Assembly (NCBI GenBank): GCA_964442785.1
Contig: CAYTZW010000003.1
Location: 1 to 54,313, forward strand
Direction: 5' to 3'
DNA: 54,313 bases
Origin: an uncultured Erysipelotrichaceae bacterium
GTDB lineage: Bacteria; Bacillota_I; Bacilli_A; RFN20; DUOF01
This document shows positions 44,207 through 54,230 of this stretch, one piece after another (positions within the stretch are counted from its first letter, which is position 1; each line of letters begins with the position of its first letter). Under the pieces are notes generated by a model, which ran no database searches, was not told where the DNA came from, and saw only the letters and a program-made list of their open reading frames with translations. The translations under genes were made by a program, and so were the position numbers.

Positions 44207-45526
44207 ATGCTAAAAAGAAAAATAGAACAAGCCTTAATTGATTGGAAAAACACGCCAAATCACAGTCCACTTATAATCAAAGGATGCCGTCAATGCGGAA
44301 AAACTTTTTCTGTCCGTGAATTTGCTAAAAAAAATTATAAATACGAAGTATACCTTAACTTTTTTAAAAATCCTTCTTATATTTCAATCTTTGAAGGTTC
44401 TCTTGAAGTAGATAATCTTATAATTATGATGTCAGCATTACTTGGTACAAGTGCAGTTTTCAAGCCTGGTGAAACAATTATAATTCTTGATGAAATTCAA
44501 GATTGTCCTGAAGCACGAACAGCACTCAAATTTTTCAAAGAAGATGGCAGATTTGATGTGATTGGAACAGGCTCTTTACTAGGCGTAAAAGGTTATGGAA
44601 AACAGCCTAAGTCTATTCCTGTAGGTTCTGAAACAATTTTAGAAATGCACCCATTAGATTTTGAAGAATTTCTATGGGCAAACGATATTTCTGAAGAAGT
44701 TATAGAAAAACTTAAAGATTGTTTAATAAAGGAAGAACCAGTGCCTAAGGCTTTGCACGAAAAAATGAACCAATTATTGTTACAGTATACAGTAGTAGGT
44801 GGAATGCCCGAAGTAGTTGAAACATTTATACAAACTAAACAAATGAACAAAGTTTTATCTTTACAAAGAGACATTATTCGTTCTTATGAAGATGATATGA
44901 TTAAATATGCTGAAGATACAGATAAACCTCTCATAAGAGAATGTTTTAAATCTATTCCAAAACAACTTAGTAAAGAAAACAAAAAATTTCAATATTCAAT
45001 TATAAAAAAAGGTGGAACAGCATCTAAATTTTTAGGTAGTTTACAATGGATAGAAGATGCCGGTATCATTTCTCGTTGTTACAACCTTAATTTACCTGAA
45101 CTTCCATTAGAAGGAAATGCTATAAATGATATTTTTAAAGTTTATATGCAAGACACTGGATTATTTGTAAGTATGTTAGAAGACGGAACACAATACGATA
45201 TTCTTCAAGGTAATTTATATGGATATAAAGGGGCGATATTTGAAAATTTAATGGCTGATATCTTCACCAAAATGGGAAGAAAGTTATATTATTATCATAA
45301 AGATTCTGGACTTGAAGTTGACTTTGTTACAAGATATAAAAGTGGTGCAACTTTAATTGAAGTAAAAGCAACAACAGGAAATATAAAAAGCACCAAGACT
45401 ATACTTATGCACCCTGAAAAATATAATGTTGCTGGAGCTATAAAACTTGGAAATTACAACATTGGAAGAAATGACAAAATCCTTACGCTTCCTTTATATA
45501 TGGCATTTTTACTCAATGAATTTTAA
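44207..45526 (+). CDS. AAA+ ATPase of the AAA_14/DUF4143 (COG1373) type
   Basis: IIKGCRQCGKT Walker A, IIILDEIQ Walker B. ATG 44207 follows AAGGAGAG. Confidence 0.8.
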   Translation: MLKRKIEQALIDWKNTPNHSPLIIKGCRQCGKTFSVREFAKKNYKYEVYLNFFKNPSYISIFEGSLEVDNLIIMMSALLGTSAVFKPGETIIILDEIQDCPEARTALKFFKEDGRFDVIGTGSLLGVKGYGKQPKSIPVGSETILEMHPLDFEEFLWANDISEEVIEKLKDCLIKEEPVPKALHEKMNQLLLQYTVVGGMPEVVETFIQTKQMNKVLSLQRDIIRSYEDDMIKYAEDTDKPLIRECFKSIPKQLSKENKKFQYSIIKKGGTASKFLGSLQWIEDAGIISRCYNLNLPELPLEGNAINDIFKVYMQDTGLFVSMLEDGTQYDILQGNLYGYKGAIFENLMADIFTKMGRKLYYYHKDSGLEVDFVTRYKSGATLIEVKATTGNIKSTKTILMHPEKYNVAGAIKLGNYNIGRNDKILTLPLYMAFLLNEF

Positions 45527-45710
45527 TAATATTTTCTTTTCCTACAAAAAAATATTATTAGTACTCTCTAATTATCTAAATAGACTTAATTGATTTTTTT
45601 AAAATTTCAAACATTTAAAAAAATCTTATGTTTTTTTCAATGATATTTTTTTGCACTTATTCCATAATAGTGTGGTATAATAAAAGTAGTGAAAATAAGG
45701 GGGAATGGTA

Positions 45711-46904
45711 ATGAAAAAGATTTTTTCAATTTTTGCTTCTTTGATTTTAACTTTTGGAATTGCAGGTTGTGATTTTAGTTTTGTTCCTGAAGACCAAAAA
45801 TGTCAAGAAGACCCAAGTTTATGTGATACTAAATTAGGTGATAAAGATGATAGTAGTCAGGATACTGGAAATAGTGAAACAGTTAACTATTGTGAAGAAA
45901 ATCCTTCTGCTTGTATTACCACGATAGAAAATAACAATACTTCTACAAATGAAGATTTAACAGAAGTATATAAAAGAGCGGTAAAATCAACGGTTACTGT
46001 TTTAACTTATAATAGTAAATATTCTGCTTTATCAAGTGGAAGTGGCGTAATTTATGCTACTTCTTCTGATGAAAATTCTGTTTTTGTATATACTAATGCT
46101 CACGTAATTAATGGTGGTTCTATCTATGAAATCATTTACTATAACAACATTAGAGTTAGTGCTTCTGTTTTAGTAGAAGACGGAGAAGAAGATGTAGCCG
46201 TTTTAAAAGCTGATATTGAGCCTAATAATGATTACCTTGAAGTTTCTATTGGAAATAGTAATAAATTAGAAATTGGAGAAACAATTTTTTCAATCGGTTC
46301 TCCATTAGGAACTAATTATCGTAACACAATGACTAAAGGAATTGTATCCGGTCTTAATGTTGAAATGACTACTGATAATGATTCCGACGGAGAAGAAACT
46401 ACAATGTATTTAATTCAAACTGATGCTGCCCTTAGTTCTGGTAATAGTGGTGGTCCTATGTTTAATGCAAAGGGAGAATTTATTGGAATTAATACTTTAA
46501 AACTTACAGAAAGTGGAAGCAGTGTGGTTGAAGGATTTAATTTTTCTATTCCTGTTAATCACTTTATAAAAGTGGCTACCGAATTGCTTAAAAACGGAAC
46601 TTATAAAAGACCTTTAATAGGAGTTCAAGTAATGGATATAGGAGAATTATCTTTGTCCACTCGTGAAAAATATGATATTAATGTTTCTTTAGGATTATAT
46701 ATTGATAGCATTGTTTCTGGTGGTGCGTGCGATGGTTTAATTAAAGCTAAAAGAGTTATTACTAAAATCAATGATGTAACAATAGATTCTACTTCTACCT
46801 TTATTGCAAAGTTGTATGATTATTTACCAGGAGATAAAATTTTTATCACTACAACAGACTTAAATGGATTAGATTCTAAAACAGTTGAAATTACTTTACA
46901 ATAA
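45711..46904 (+). CDS. htrA: HtrA/DegP-family serine protease with PDZ domain, lipoprotein
   Basis: Lipobox IAGC, TNAHVI (His), EDVAVLK (Asp), GNSGGPMF (Ser), C-terminal PDZ-like region. Confidence 0.9.
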   Translation: MKKIFSIFASLILTFGIAGCDFSFVPEDQKCQEDPSLCDTKLGDKDDSSQDTGNSETVNYCEENPSACITTIENNNTSTNEDLTEVYKRAVKSTVTVLTYNSKYSALSSGSGVIYATSSDENSVFVYTNAHVINGGSIYEIIYYNNIRVSASVLVEDGEEDVAVLKADIEPNNDYLEVSIGNSNKLEIGETIFSIGSPLGTNYRNTMTKGIVSGLNVEMTTDNDSDGEETTMYLIQTDAALSSGNSGGPMFNAKGEFIGINTLKLTESGSSVVEGFNFSIPVNHFIKVATELLKNGTYKRPLIGVQVMDIGELSLSTREKYDINVSLGLYIDSIVSGGACDGLIKAKRVITKINDVTIDSTSTFIAKLYDYLPGDKIFITTTDLNGLDSKTVEITLQ

Positions 46905-46924
46905 AAGAAAAAAATGTATTTTAT

Positions 46925-46955
46925 GACAAGCAACTAAAATTATAGTTGCTTTTTT
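46925..46955 (+). terminator. Intrinsic terminator after htrA
   Basis: aagcaact...agttgctt stems followed by TTTTTT. Confidence 0.65.
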
Positions 46956-47001
46956 TGTTATAAAATTACCTTTATAGCAATATTTTATAATGGTGAATTT
47001 T

Positions 47002-47643
47002 ATGAAGTTAATAAAAATTATTTCCTTGTTTTGTTTACTTCTCACAAATTGTAGCAAACAAGAAAAAACAATAAGAACTAATGCTAACCGAATAATTTTA
47101 ATTGACCCTGGACACGGTGGAAAAGATAATGGCACTAGTTTTGAAAATATAATGGAAGATGAAATAAATCTTCAAGTAGGCTTGTTTTTATATCAAATAT
47201 TACTAGAAAATGGTTTTTTTGCTTTAATAACCCGTACAGGAGATTACGATTTATCTAGTTTAAATGCTAAAAATCATAAAGAACAAGATTTAAAAAATCG
47301 AGTAAAACTTATCAATGATAATCAGGTCTCTTTATTCATATCTTTACATCTAAATAGTTATTTAGATAATATGGTAAGTGGAGCACAAGTTTTTTATCAA
47401 AAAAGCAATCCTGAAAGTAAAAATTTTTCCTTGATTTTGCAACAAAAGTTAAATGAATTATATGCTAAACAAAGAAAGGTAAAAGTTGGAAATTATTATA
47501 TACTCGAAGAAAGTAAAGCAACAGGAGTTCTTGTAGAACTTGGATTTCTATCTTGTCAAAACGATAGAGAAAAGTTAAATGATGAGAATTTCCAAAAAAA
47601 TTTAGCAGAAAAGATTTTTCTTAGTGTAAAAGATTATTTTTAA
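47002..47643 (+). CDS. N-acetylmuramoyl-L-alanine amidase (Amidase_3, CwlD-like)
   Basis: IILIDPGHGGKDNG, SLHLNS, VLVELGFLS. N-terminal hydrophobic anchor. Confidence 0.8.
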   Translation: MKLIKIISLFCLLLTNCSKQEKTIRTNANRIILIDPGHGGKDNGTSFENIMEDEINLQVGLFLYQILLENGFFALITRTGDYDLSSLNAKNHKEQDLKNRVKLINDNQVSLFISLHLNSYLDNMVSGAQVFYQKSNPESKNFSLILQQKLNELYAKQRKVKVGNYYILEESKATGVLVELGFLSCQNDREKLNDENFQKNLAEKIFLSVKDYF

Positions 47644-47696
47644 TAGGTAACAAAAAAATGCTTTTTCATATCAGAATAAAGCATTTTAAATGTTTT

Positions 47697-48038
47697 TTAA
47701 TTTTTTAAGTTTTTCAAAACTTCTTCAATTTCTTGGGCTTCATCAAAAGAATTATCTAATTTGAAAACAATCTCAGGAGTTTTATAAATGGTCAATTTTT
47801 CTGCTAATCTGCTTCTTATAAAACCTTTAGCTTTTTCTAAAGCTTCTAAGCCTTTATTTTTGCTTACTTCATCGATGTAAGAAACATAAATATAAGCATA
47901 TGAATAATCATTAGTAACTTTAGCGTTAGTAACCGTTACAAAACCAATATCTTTATCTTTTAACTCAAATTGAATAATTTCTGAAACATACTTTTGTACC
48001 ATATTAGAAATACGGTCATTTTTAAAATTTTTTGCCAT
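47697..48038 (-). CDS. rbfA: Ribosome-binding factor A
   Basis: Position after infB. RISNMVQKYVSEII...VTVTNAKVTNDYSYAYIYVS is typical of RbfA. Confidence 0.9.
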   Translation of the reverse strand: MAKNFKNDRISNMVQKYVSEIIQFELKDKDIGFVTVTNAKVTNDYSYAYIYVSYIDEVSKNKGLEALEKAKGFIRSRLAEKLTIYKTPEIVFKLDNSFDEAQEIEEVLKNLKN

Positions 48039-48044
48039 AATTTT

Positions 48045-49907
48045 CTACTTCCTTTTTATTTCTTCCATAATGTAACCTTCAATAATATCTAATTCTTTTA
48101 TATCATTGAAATTTTCAATCATCATACCACATTCAAAGCCTTTATTGACTTCTTTGGCATCATTTTGTTCCCTTTTTAAAGATAACAATTTTCCTTCAAA
48201 AACTACTATTCCGTCCCTTATTAAACGAACACCACAATCTCTTTTAATAGAGCCTTCGGTAACATAAGAACCTGCAATAGTTCCTAATTTAGATACTTTG
48301 AATAATTTTCTTACTTCAGCTTGACCTGTTACAACTTCTTTATATATAGGTTTTAACATACCTTTCATAGCTTGTTCGATTTCTTCAAAAATTGCATAAA
48401 TAACATTGTGTAATCTAATATCTACTTTATTTTCTTCTGCAGCTCTCCTGACATTAGAATCTGGTCTTACATTAAAACCATAGATAATAGCATTTGATGC
48501 ACTAGCAAGTAAAACATCAGATTCCGTAATTCCACCTGAAGTAGCTCTTATAACATTAACTCTTACATCTTCCATTTGAAGTTTTTGTAAAGAACCTTTT
48601 ATTGCTTCTGCTGAACCTTGAGTATCGGTTTTTATGATAATATTAATGTTTTTTAGATTTCCTTCTTGGATTTGGTCATACAAATCATCTAAAGTAACAC
48701 TAGCATTTTCTTTTCTATCTGCTTGAACTTTTTCAATTAACCTTTTGTCTGCTATTTCTCTTGCTTGCTTATCACTAGCAAAAACCATAAAAGGATCTCC
48801 TGCTGTTGGAACCGCTTCAAGTCCCATTATTTCTACTGGAGTAGCGGGTAAAGCTTCTTTTACAAGTTGTCCTAAATCATTTCTCATTTGTCTAACACGA
48901 CCAAACATCGTACCAGCAACAATCGTATCTCCTGTTTTTAAAGTACCATTTGCAACTAATACTGTAGCCATTGGACCTTTATTTTTATCAAGTCTTCCTT
49001 CAATTACATTTCCAGAAGCTAGTCTTTTAGGATTAGCTTTTAATTCTTGCATTTCAGCAACTACTAAAATTGTTTCTAAAAGTTCGGAAATACCAATTTT
49101 TTTCAAAGCAGAGATTTGCTTATAAATAACATTTCCACCCCATTCTTCTGGAAGTAATCCTAAATCAGTCATCGCTGACATTATTTTATCAGGGTCTGCT
49201 CCAACTTTATCAATTTTATTAATAGCTACAATTATCGGTACATTAGCCGCTTTCGCGTGGTCAATAGCTTCTTTTGTTTGAGGCATAACTCCGTCATCTG
49301 CAGCAACTACGATAACAACGATATCTGTAATTTTTGCTCCTCTAGCACGCATAGCAGTAAATGCAGCGTGTCCTGGAGTATCTAAGAAAGTAATTTTTTT
49401 ACCATTAACTTCTACTTGATAAGCTCCAATTTGTTGAGTAATTCCACCAAATTCACCTTCAACAACACGAGAATCTCTTATAGCATCAAGTAAAGTTGTT
49501 TTTCCGTGGTCTACGTGTCCCATAATAGTAACTACAGGAGCTCTTTCCACCAAATCTTTGGGATCATCAATAATATCAATTTCTTCAAAATGTTGCTCTA
49601 AAATAATTTTTTCTTTTCGATAATCTAAATCATATTGTAAACAAATAGTGCCTACTGTATCTTCATCTAATGTACTATTAATAGTTACCATTTTTCCTTG
49701 CATAAATAGGAACTTAATAATCTCACTTGGAGTTCTTCCTATTGCAGCAGCTAATTCACTTAAAGTTACTTCTTGACTAAAAATAAAAGTTCCATCTTCT
49801 ATCCTTGCATTCTTACTATTAACTCTTTCAGGTTTAGAAGTTGGGATATTAGAAATACGGCTTTTATCAAAAGATTTCTTTGCTTTAAAATTATTCTTTG
49901 CCATCAT
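48045..49907 (-). CDS. infB: Translation initiation factor IF-2 (short N-terminal form)
   Basis: [13 protein letters not shown]1, DTPGH, NKID, C-terminal domains. ATG 49907/49904 follows AAGGAAGG. Confidence 0.95.
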   Translation of the reverse strand: MMAKNNFKAKKSFDKSRISNIPTSKPERVNSKNARIEDGTFIFSQEVTLSELAAAIGRTPSEIIKFLFMQGKMVTINSTLDEDTVGTICLQYDLDYRKEKIILEQHFEEIDIIDDPKDLVERAPVVTIMGHVDHGKTTLLDAIRDSRVVEGEFGGITQQIGAYQVEVNGKKITFLDTPGHAAFTAMRARGAKITDIVVIVVAADDGVMPQTKEAIDHAKAANVPIIVAINKIDKVGADPDKIMSAMTDLGLLPEEWGGNVIYKQISALKKIGISELLETILVVAEMQELKANPKRLASGNVIEGRLDKNKGPMATVLVANGTLKTGDTIVAGTMFGRVRQMRNDLGQLVKEALPATPVEIMGLEAVPTAGDPFMVFASDKQAREIADKRLIEKVQADRKENASVTLDDLYDQIQEGNLKNINIIIKTDTQGSAEAIKGSLQKLQMEDVRVNVIRATSGGITESDVLLASASNAIIYGFNVRPDSNVRRAAEENKVDIRLHNVIYAIFEEIEQAMKGMLKPIYKEVVTGQAEVRKLFKVSKLGTIAGSYVTEGSIKRDCGVRLIRDGIVVFEGKLLSLKREQNDAKEVNKGFECGMMIENFNDIKELDIIEGYIMEEIKRK

Positions 49908-50208
49908 TCTCACCTTCCTTTATTTTTATATTTATTAATTTTACAAAATCACTACTTGTTATACCAATAGCACTAACTTGGTCTTTTCCGATAGAAAAAC
50001 CTAATTGTTGTTTAGTACCTTTAATCAAATAATTAATATGATAATAACTACATTTATTTTTCCATTTTTTCAAAGAATTATCACTGCTATTTTCAGCAAT
50101 AATAACTAATTCTACTTTACCTTTTTTTATATTTTCTTCCAATTTTATGGAAATAACTACTTTGCCTGCTTTTTTAGCAAGTCCTAAAGTATTTAACCAT
50201 TTATCCAT
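49891..50208 (-). CDS. ylxQ: L7Ae-family RNA-binding protein YlxQ
   Basis: [11 protein letters not shown] motif. Lies between ylxR and infB. Confidence 0.75.
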   Translation of the reverse strand: MDKWLNTLGLAKKAGKVVISIKLEENIKKGKVELVIIAENSSDNSLKKWKNKCSYYHINYLIKGTKQQLGFSIGKDQVSAIGITSSDFVKLINIKIKEGENDGKE

Positions 50209-50458
50209 TTATTATTTGTTTTAATTCTTCATAAATAGATACAGGTATTTCACACTCAAGGGCTCTTGCTAAAGATTTTCTTTTAATTGCAATTTCTAAA
50301 GCTTCATTAGATTTTTTTAGATATGCACCACGACCATTTTTCTTTCTCGTTAAATCTACAAATACATTTCCTTCTTTATCTTTAACAATTCTAATTAAAT
50401 CTTTTTTTTCTAATTGCTCACTAGTAGCAACACATTTTCTCAAAGGAATTTTTTTCAT
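50201..50458 (-). CDS. ylxR: YlxR/RnpM (DUF448) RNA-binding protein
   Basis: RKCVATSE...GRGAYL motif. Immediately downstream of nusA. Confidence 0.8.
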   Translation of the reverse strand: MKKIPLRKCVATSEQLEKKDLIRIVKDKEGNVFVDLTRKKNGRGAYLKKSNEALEIAIKRKSLARALECEIPVSIYEELKQIING

Positions 50459-51918
50459 TAATCTTCATCGTAGTATTTGTCATAACTTTCGTAGTCGATG
50501 TCTTCATCATATTTGCTACTATAATCTTCTTCATCTTCTAATTCTTCTAATTCATCATCAGAATAAACAGGCATATAATTCATTTTCTTTTCTTCAGCTT
50601 CTTTAAGTCTTGCTTTAATATCATCTTTTTCTTCTTCAACTTTCTTTTCAGTTTTCTTCTTATTTACTTTTTGTTCTACAGGTTTTGAAGATAAACTATT
50701 TTCCAAGTCTGATAAAGAAACTCTTTTTGGTTCAATACTAATTGAAGGAGAAACATATATTTCTTCTACCTTTTCTTCCTTAACAGGTTTCTTAACTTCT
50801 TCAACAACTTTTTCTTCTTCTACTTTCTTAGCATTTATTTCAGCAATAATTGAAGAAATTGTCTTGAATTCAATTCCTAATTCTTTAACTTCATTTAAAG
50901 GTTTTACATCAATTTTATATCCAGTTAATTTAGCAGCAAGTCGAGCGTTTTGACCTTTTTTACCAATCGCTAAACTAAGTTCGGTATCCATAACAACTGC
51001 TAATGCTTTTTTGTTTTCTTCATCAATATTAATTCCATATATTTCAGCTGGTTTTAAAGCTTCAACAATATATAAAATAGGATTTTCATTATAATTGATA
51101 ACATCAATTTTTTCTCCCATTATTTGATTAGATATTTTTTGAATTCTCATTCCCTTTTGTCCAATACAAGCACCAGTTGGGTCGACACTTGGATTTCTAC
51201 TTAATACAGAAACCTTTGCTCTAGAACCAGCATCTCTAGCAATAGAAACAATTTCAACAGTGCCGTCATATATTTCGTGTATTTCTTGTTCAAACAATCT
51301 TTTTAAAAATTCAGGAGCCGTTCTAGAAACAATTATTTGAGCACCTTGATTAGTTTTTTCTACTCCTACTAAATAAACTTTAACAGGTTGATTAACATAA
51401 TAATTCTCATTAGGTATCATATGAGATTTAGGCATCAAAGCAGCCCCTTTTCCTAAGTTAACTAACAAGTAATTATCTTCTACTCTTTCAACGATACCTG
51501 CCATTGTTTCGCCAACTTTATCAGCATATAAATCGTATAAAACAGTTTTTTCTGCTTCTCTTAATTTTTGTCGCAAAATTTGAGCAGCGTGTCTAGCAGC
51601 CATTCTATTTAATTCTTCAGGATCAATTTCTTCGATAACTTCATCACCAATTTTATATTTTTTATCAAGTTCTAAAGCATCTTCTAATTCCATTTCAATA
51701 GCGTCATCTTCAACTTCTTCGACAATATGCTTAATTCTAAACATTCTAATTGTTCCTTTTTTCTCATCAATGTCAACACGAACTTCTGCATAAGGGTCAT
51801 TAGTTTTTTTCCACGCTTTTTCTAATGCTTCTTTTAAGTCATTAAGAATTGTTTCTTTCTTGATTCCTTTTTGTTCTACTAAAGCATCAACTGCTTTTAA
51901 AAATTCTTTTGTTTTCAT
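50458..51918 (-). CDS. nusA: Transcription termination/antitermination factor NusA with a K/E- then D/E/Y-rich C-terminal tail
   Basis: N-domain, S1, and KH1/KH2 (GACIGQKGMRIQ, AIGKKGQNARLA). Confidence 0.95.
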   Translation of the reverse strand: MKTKEFLKAVDALVEQKGIKKETILNDLKEALEKAWKKTNDPYAEVRVDIDEKKGTIRMFRIKHIVEEVEDDAIEMELEDALELDKKYKIGDEVIEEIDPEELNRMAARHAAQILRQKLREAEKTVLYDLYADKVGETMAGIVERVEDNYLLVNLGKGAALMPKSHMIPNENYYVNQPVKVYLVGVEKTNQGAQIIVSRTAPEFLKRLFEQEIHEIYDGTVEIVSIARDAGSRAKVSVLSRNPSVDPTGACIGQKGMRIQKISNQIMGEKIDVINYNENPILYIVEALKPAEIYGINIDEENKKALAVVMDTELSLAIGKKGQNARLAAKLTGYKIDVKPLNEVKELGIEFKTISSIIAEINAKKVEEEKVVEEVKKPVKEEKVEEIYVSPSISIEPKRVSLSDLENSLSSKPVEQKVNKKKTEKKVEEEKDDIKARLKEAEEKKMNYMPVYSDDELEELEDEEDYSSKYDEDIDYESYDKYYDED

Positions 51919-51935
51919 TTTTTTCTAACTTCCTC

Positions 51936-52382
51936 CTAAAATTTAATAGCTAATCTAGCACTTTCTATTTTATCTATATCAATTACAACTTTTTTAATTC
52001 TTCCTTTTAAATTGATTTTGACAACCAAATTATTTTCATTAACTTCTTCAAGATAACCAGTATATTCTTCATTACCTATCTTTACATAAACATATTCATT
52101 CAAGGCCTTTTTATATTCTTGGATATTTCTTAAAGGCTTCTCAGCACCTGCAGAACAAACTTCTAGCATATATTCATTTTCAATCGGGTCTTCCTTATCT
52201 AAAATTGGATTAATTGCTTCACTTACCATAACACAATCATCTAACGAAATCTTGCCATTATCAGTATCTATCATAATTCTTAAAATCCAGTTTTCATCTT
52301 CCTTTTGATATTCCACATCATAAAGGATAAATCCTAAATCATTGATAGTTTTTTCTAATAACGCTCTAATTTTTTCTTCCAT
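51936..52382 (-). CDS. rimP: Ribosome maturation factor RimP
   Basis: First gene of the nusA operon. LEVCSAGAEKPL motif. Confidence 0.9.
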   Translation of the reverse strand: MEEKIRALLEKTINDLGFILYDVEYQKEDENWILRIMIDTDNGKISLDDCVMVSEAINPILDKEDPIENEYMLEVCSAGAEKPLRNIQEYKKALNEYVYVKIGNEEYTGYLEEVNENNLVVKINLKGRIKKVVIDIDKIESARLAIKF

Positions 52383-52558
52383 TAAATCACTCCCTTAAAT
52401 AAAGCAAAGAGTAGGGCTTCCCCTACTCGACACTAAAATGATAGCACAAAAGCATATTTTTTACAAGTATTTAAAAAACAAAGTGAGTTATCAACATTAT
52501 TTAACTAAATACTAAACTAACTTATAAAAATAAAATAAACTAACCACAGGTGATAAAA

Positions 52559-53155
52559 ATGTATTATTGGTTAAAACTAGAAGAAATATCAAACGATGGT
52601 AAAATATGTCTTACCAAGTTAAAAGAAACTTTAGACAAAATGTGTAAAAAACGCAATGAAATGATAGCAAAAACATATCCACTTCACGAAGAAGACTTAT
52701 ACTCATATAAAATCTTGGCAAGTGATTTAAAGTTTATGCCCGCATTAGTAAACCCTTGTTTTCTTGTACAAACTTCCGCAAGATATTATGTCAAAAACTT
52801 TTATAATGGCACTTTAAAAGAAACTAGAAAAGAAGCCATAAATGATATAACAGAAAAAATAGTGCAACTTGACCTTGAATTAATAAAAGATACTATGGAA
52901 GAAATGGAAGAAGATATTGCTTCAATAAGAAAATTTAAAAAAACAAAAGAAAATCCTGAATTAGAAAAAGATTTAGAAGATGTACACGAATTAAATCAAG
53001 AATTACAAATTGACCTTGATAGCTTTATTCAAAAAGTTGTTTATCCTCATATTAGTCTAGCAGAAGAATATAACATTCAAACTAGAGATTATATTACTTT
53101 CTATCTAAAAATCCCTCATTTATCTAAGGAAGAAGAAGCAAAATTAAAGAAATAA
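52559..53155 (+). CDS. Hypothetical protein (198 aa)
   Basis: ATG 52559 follows AGGTGA. Charged, helical composition. Confidence 0.5.
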   Translation: MYYWLKLEEISNDGKICLTKLKETLDKMCKKRNEMIAKTYPLHEEDLYSYKILASDLKFMPALVNPCFLVQTSARYYVKNFYNGTLKETRKEAINDITEKIVQLDLELIKDTMEEMEEDIASIRKFKKTKENPELEKDLEDVHELNQELQIDLDSFIQKVVYPHISLAEEYNIQTRDYITFYLKIPHLSKEEEAKLKK

Positions 53156-53254
53156 ACACATTATTAACTAAAAAAATGTAAAAAAGTTAGTCGCGTTTAT
53201 TTACTACTTAGCATATTTATGATATAATTTTTAAAAAATCAGGAGGGCAAAGTT

Positions 53255-53731
53255 ATGTTTAATAATTTAAAAGAAACAATTAAAGAATTAAATGCAGATG
53301 CTAATAAAGTCGTTAATAGTGAAAAGGCTAAAAAGTTAAAAAAGAAATTGTTATCTATAGGATTACCATTAACTATAATTAGTGGTATGGGTGTTCTTAT
53401 TAGTTTCATATTATTTATATTATTTAGTTCTAAAGGTAAAGTAACATTAATAATAGTTGCCCTTATACTGTGTATGGTTTTTGCGGTTATTTGTTCTATC
53501 AGTGCTGAAATTACTTCATTAGGTATGTCAATAGTTATATCCGAATACACTACTAATTTAATCAATGAAACAGTAGGCAATAATTGTCATAATTGTGGTG
53601 AAACAATTACTTCAGAAATGATATTTTGTTCAAAATGCGGAACAAAAGTAAGAAAAGAATGTTCTAATTGCAAACATATCAATAGTTACAAAAATGATTT
53701 TTGTGAAAAATGTGGAACAAAATTAGATTAA
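53255..53731 (+). CDS. Membrane protein with a C-terminal double zinc-ribbon
   Basis: GGAGGG SD. Two TM helices. CHNCG...CSKCG and CSNC...CEKCG pairs. Confidence 0.6.
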   Translation: MFNNLKETIKELNADANKVVNSEKAKKLKKKLLSIGLPLTIISGMGVLISFILFILFSSKGKVTLIIVALILCMVFAVICSISAEITSLGMSIVISEYTTNLINETVGNNCHNCGETITSEMIFCSKCGTKVRKECSNCKHINSYKNDFCEKCGTKLD

Positions 53732-53761
53732 TCCTATTTAGAATTTTTTAGAGATTATATA

Positions 53762-53782
53762 GGTTCTTTAAATTTTCTGGGG
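53762..53782 (+). repeat. Left arm of a perfect 21-bp inverted repeat
   Basis: ggttctttaaattttctgggg is the reverse complement of 54169-54189. Confidence 0.9.
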
Positions 53783-54168
53783 GTTTTTGGGGGTCGGTGA
53801 TAAAATCAAAATCACTGGCACTTGTGGGGTCGAGTATAAAATTACTCGGTCCTTTTTTATTTACAATAATATTGTTATAAAATCTTTTATGATTACGATA
53901 GCCACAAAATTTGCTTTTTCTGTAGTTAGGGATAATTTCTATCCAAAACACAACTTATCCATTTTTAGAATAATTTGATATTTTTTTATTTGATTTTTCT
54001 TAGCACCTAAGGAAAATAAGATATTATAACAATCTATAAAAAAACTCCTTTGATTACTTATTAGCATCTTAATTATAGGACATTTTTTACTATACGGGAA
54101 TAGAACGCAAATTCACTGGCGCCTGTGGGGTTTGACCTCCCCAAATAATTTAAAGCAATTTTTACGAT

Positions 54169-54189
54169 CCCCAGAAAATTTAAAGAACC
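54169..54189 (-). repeat. Right arm of a perfect 21-bp inverted repeat
   Basis: ccccagaaaatttaaagaacc. Confidence 0.9.
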
Positions 54190-54197
54190 AAAAAAAA

Positions 54198-54230
54198 CAC
54201 TTTACAACAATATTGTAAGGTGTTTTTTTT
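54198..54230. terminator. Bidirectional intrinsic terminator immediately after the right IR arm
   Basis: 10-bp stem cactttacaa/ttgtaaggtg (one G-U) between an A8 run (54190-54197) and a T8 run (54223-54230). Confidence 0.7.

Noticed and set aside
48745-49125. Plus-strand 126-aa ORF inside infB
   Set aside because: It is antisense to the conserved IF-2 domain II/GTPase region.
53239-53580. Minus-strand 113-aa ORF
   Set aside because: It is antisense to the zinc-ribbon membrane-protein gene, which has a GGAGGG SD and clear CxxC pairs.
53748-53978. Short ORFs 53748..53951 (-) and 53787..53978 (+) inside the IR-bounded module
   Set aside because: Neither has an SD or recognisable domain. They overlap each other and the repeat/hairpin structure. 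The region is treated as non-coding.
53762-54189. RNase P RNA or tmRNA (size ~400 nt with a closing helix)
   Set aside because: Neither strand has the GAGGAAAGTCC-type P4 signature of RNase P. There is no tRNA-like GGGG...TCCACCA acceptor/T-arm pairing as in tmRNA. A 21-bp perfect closing helix fits neither.
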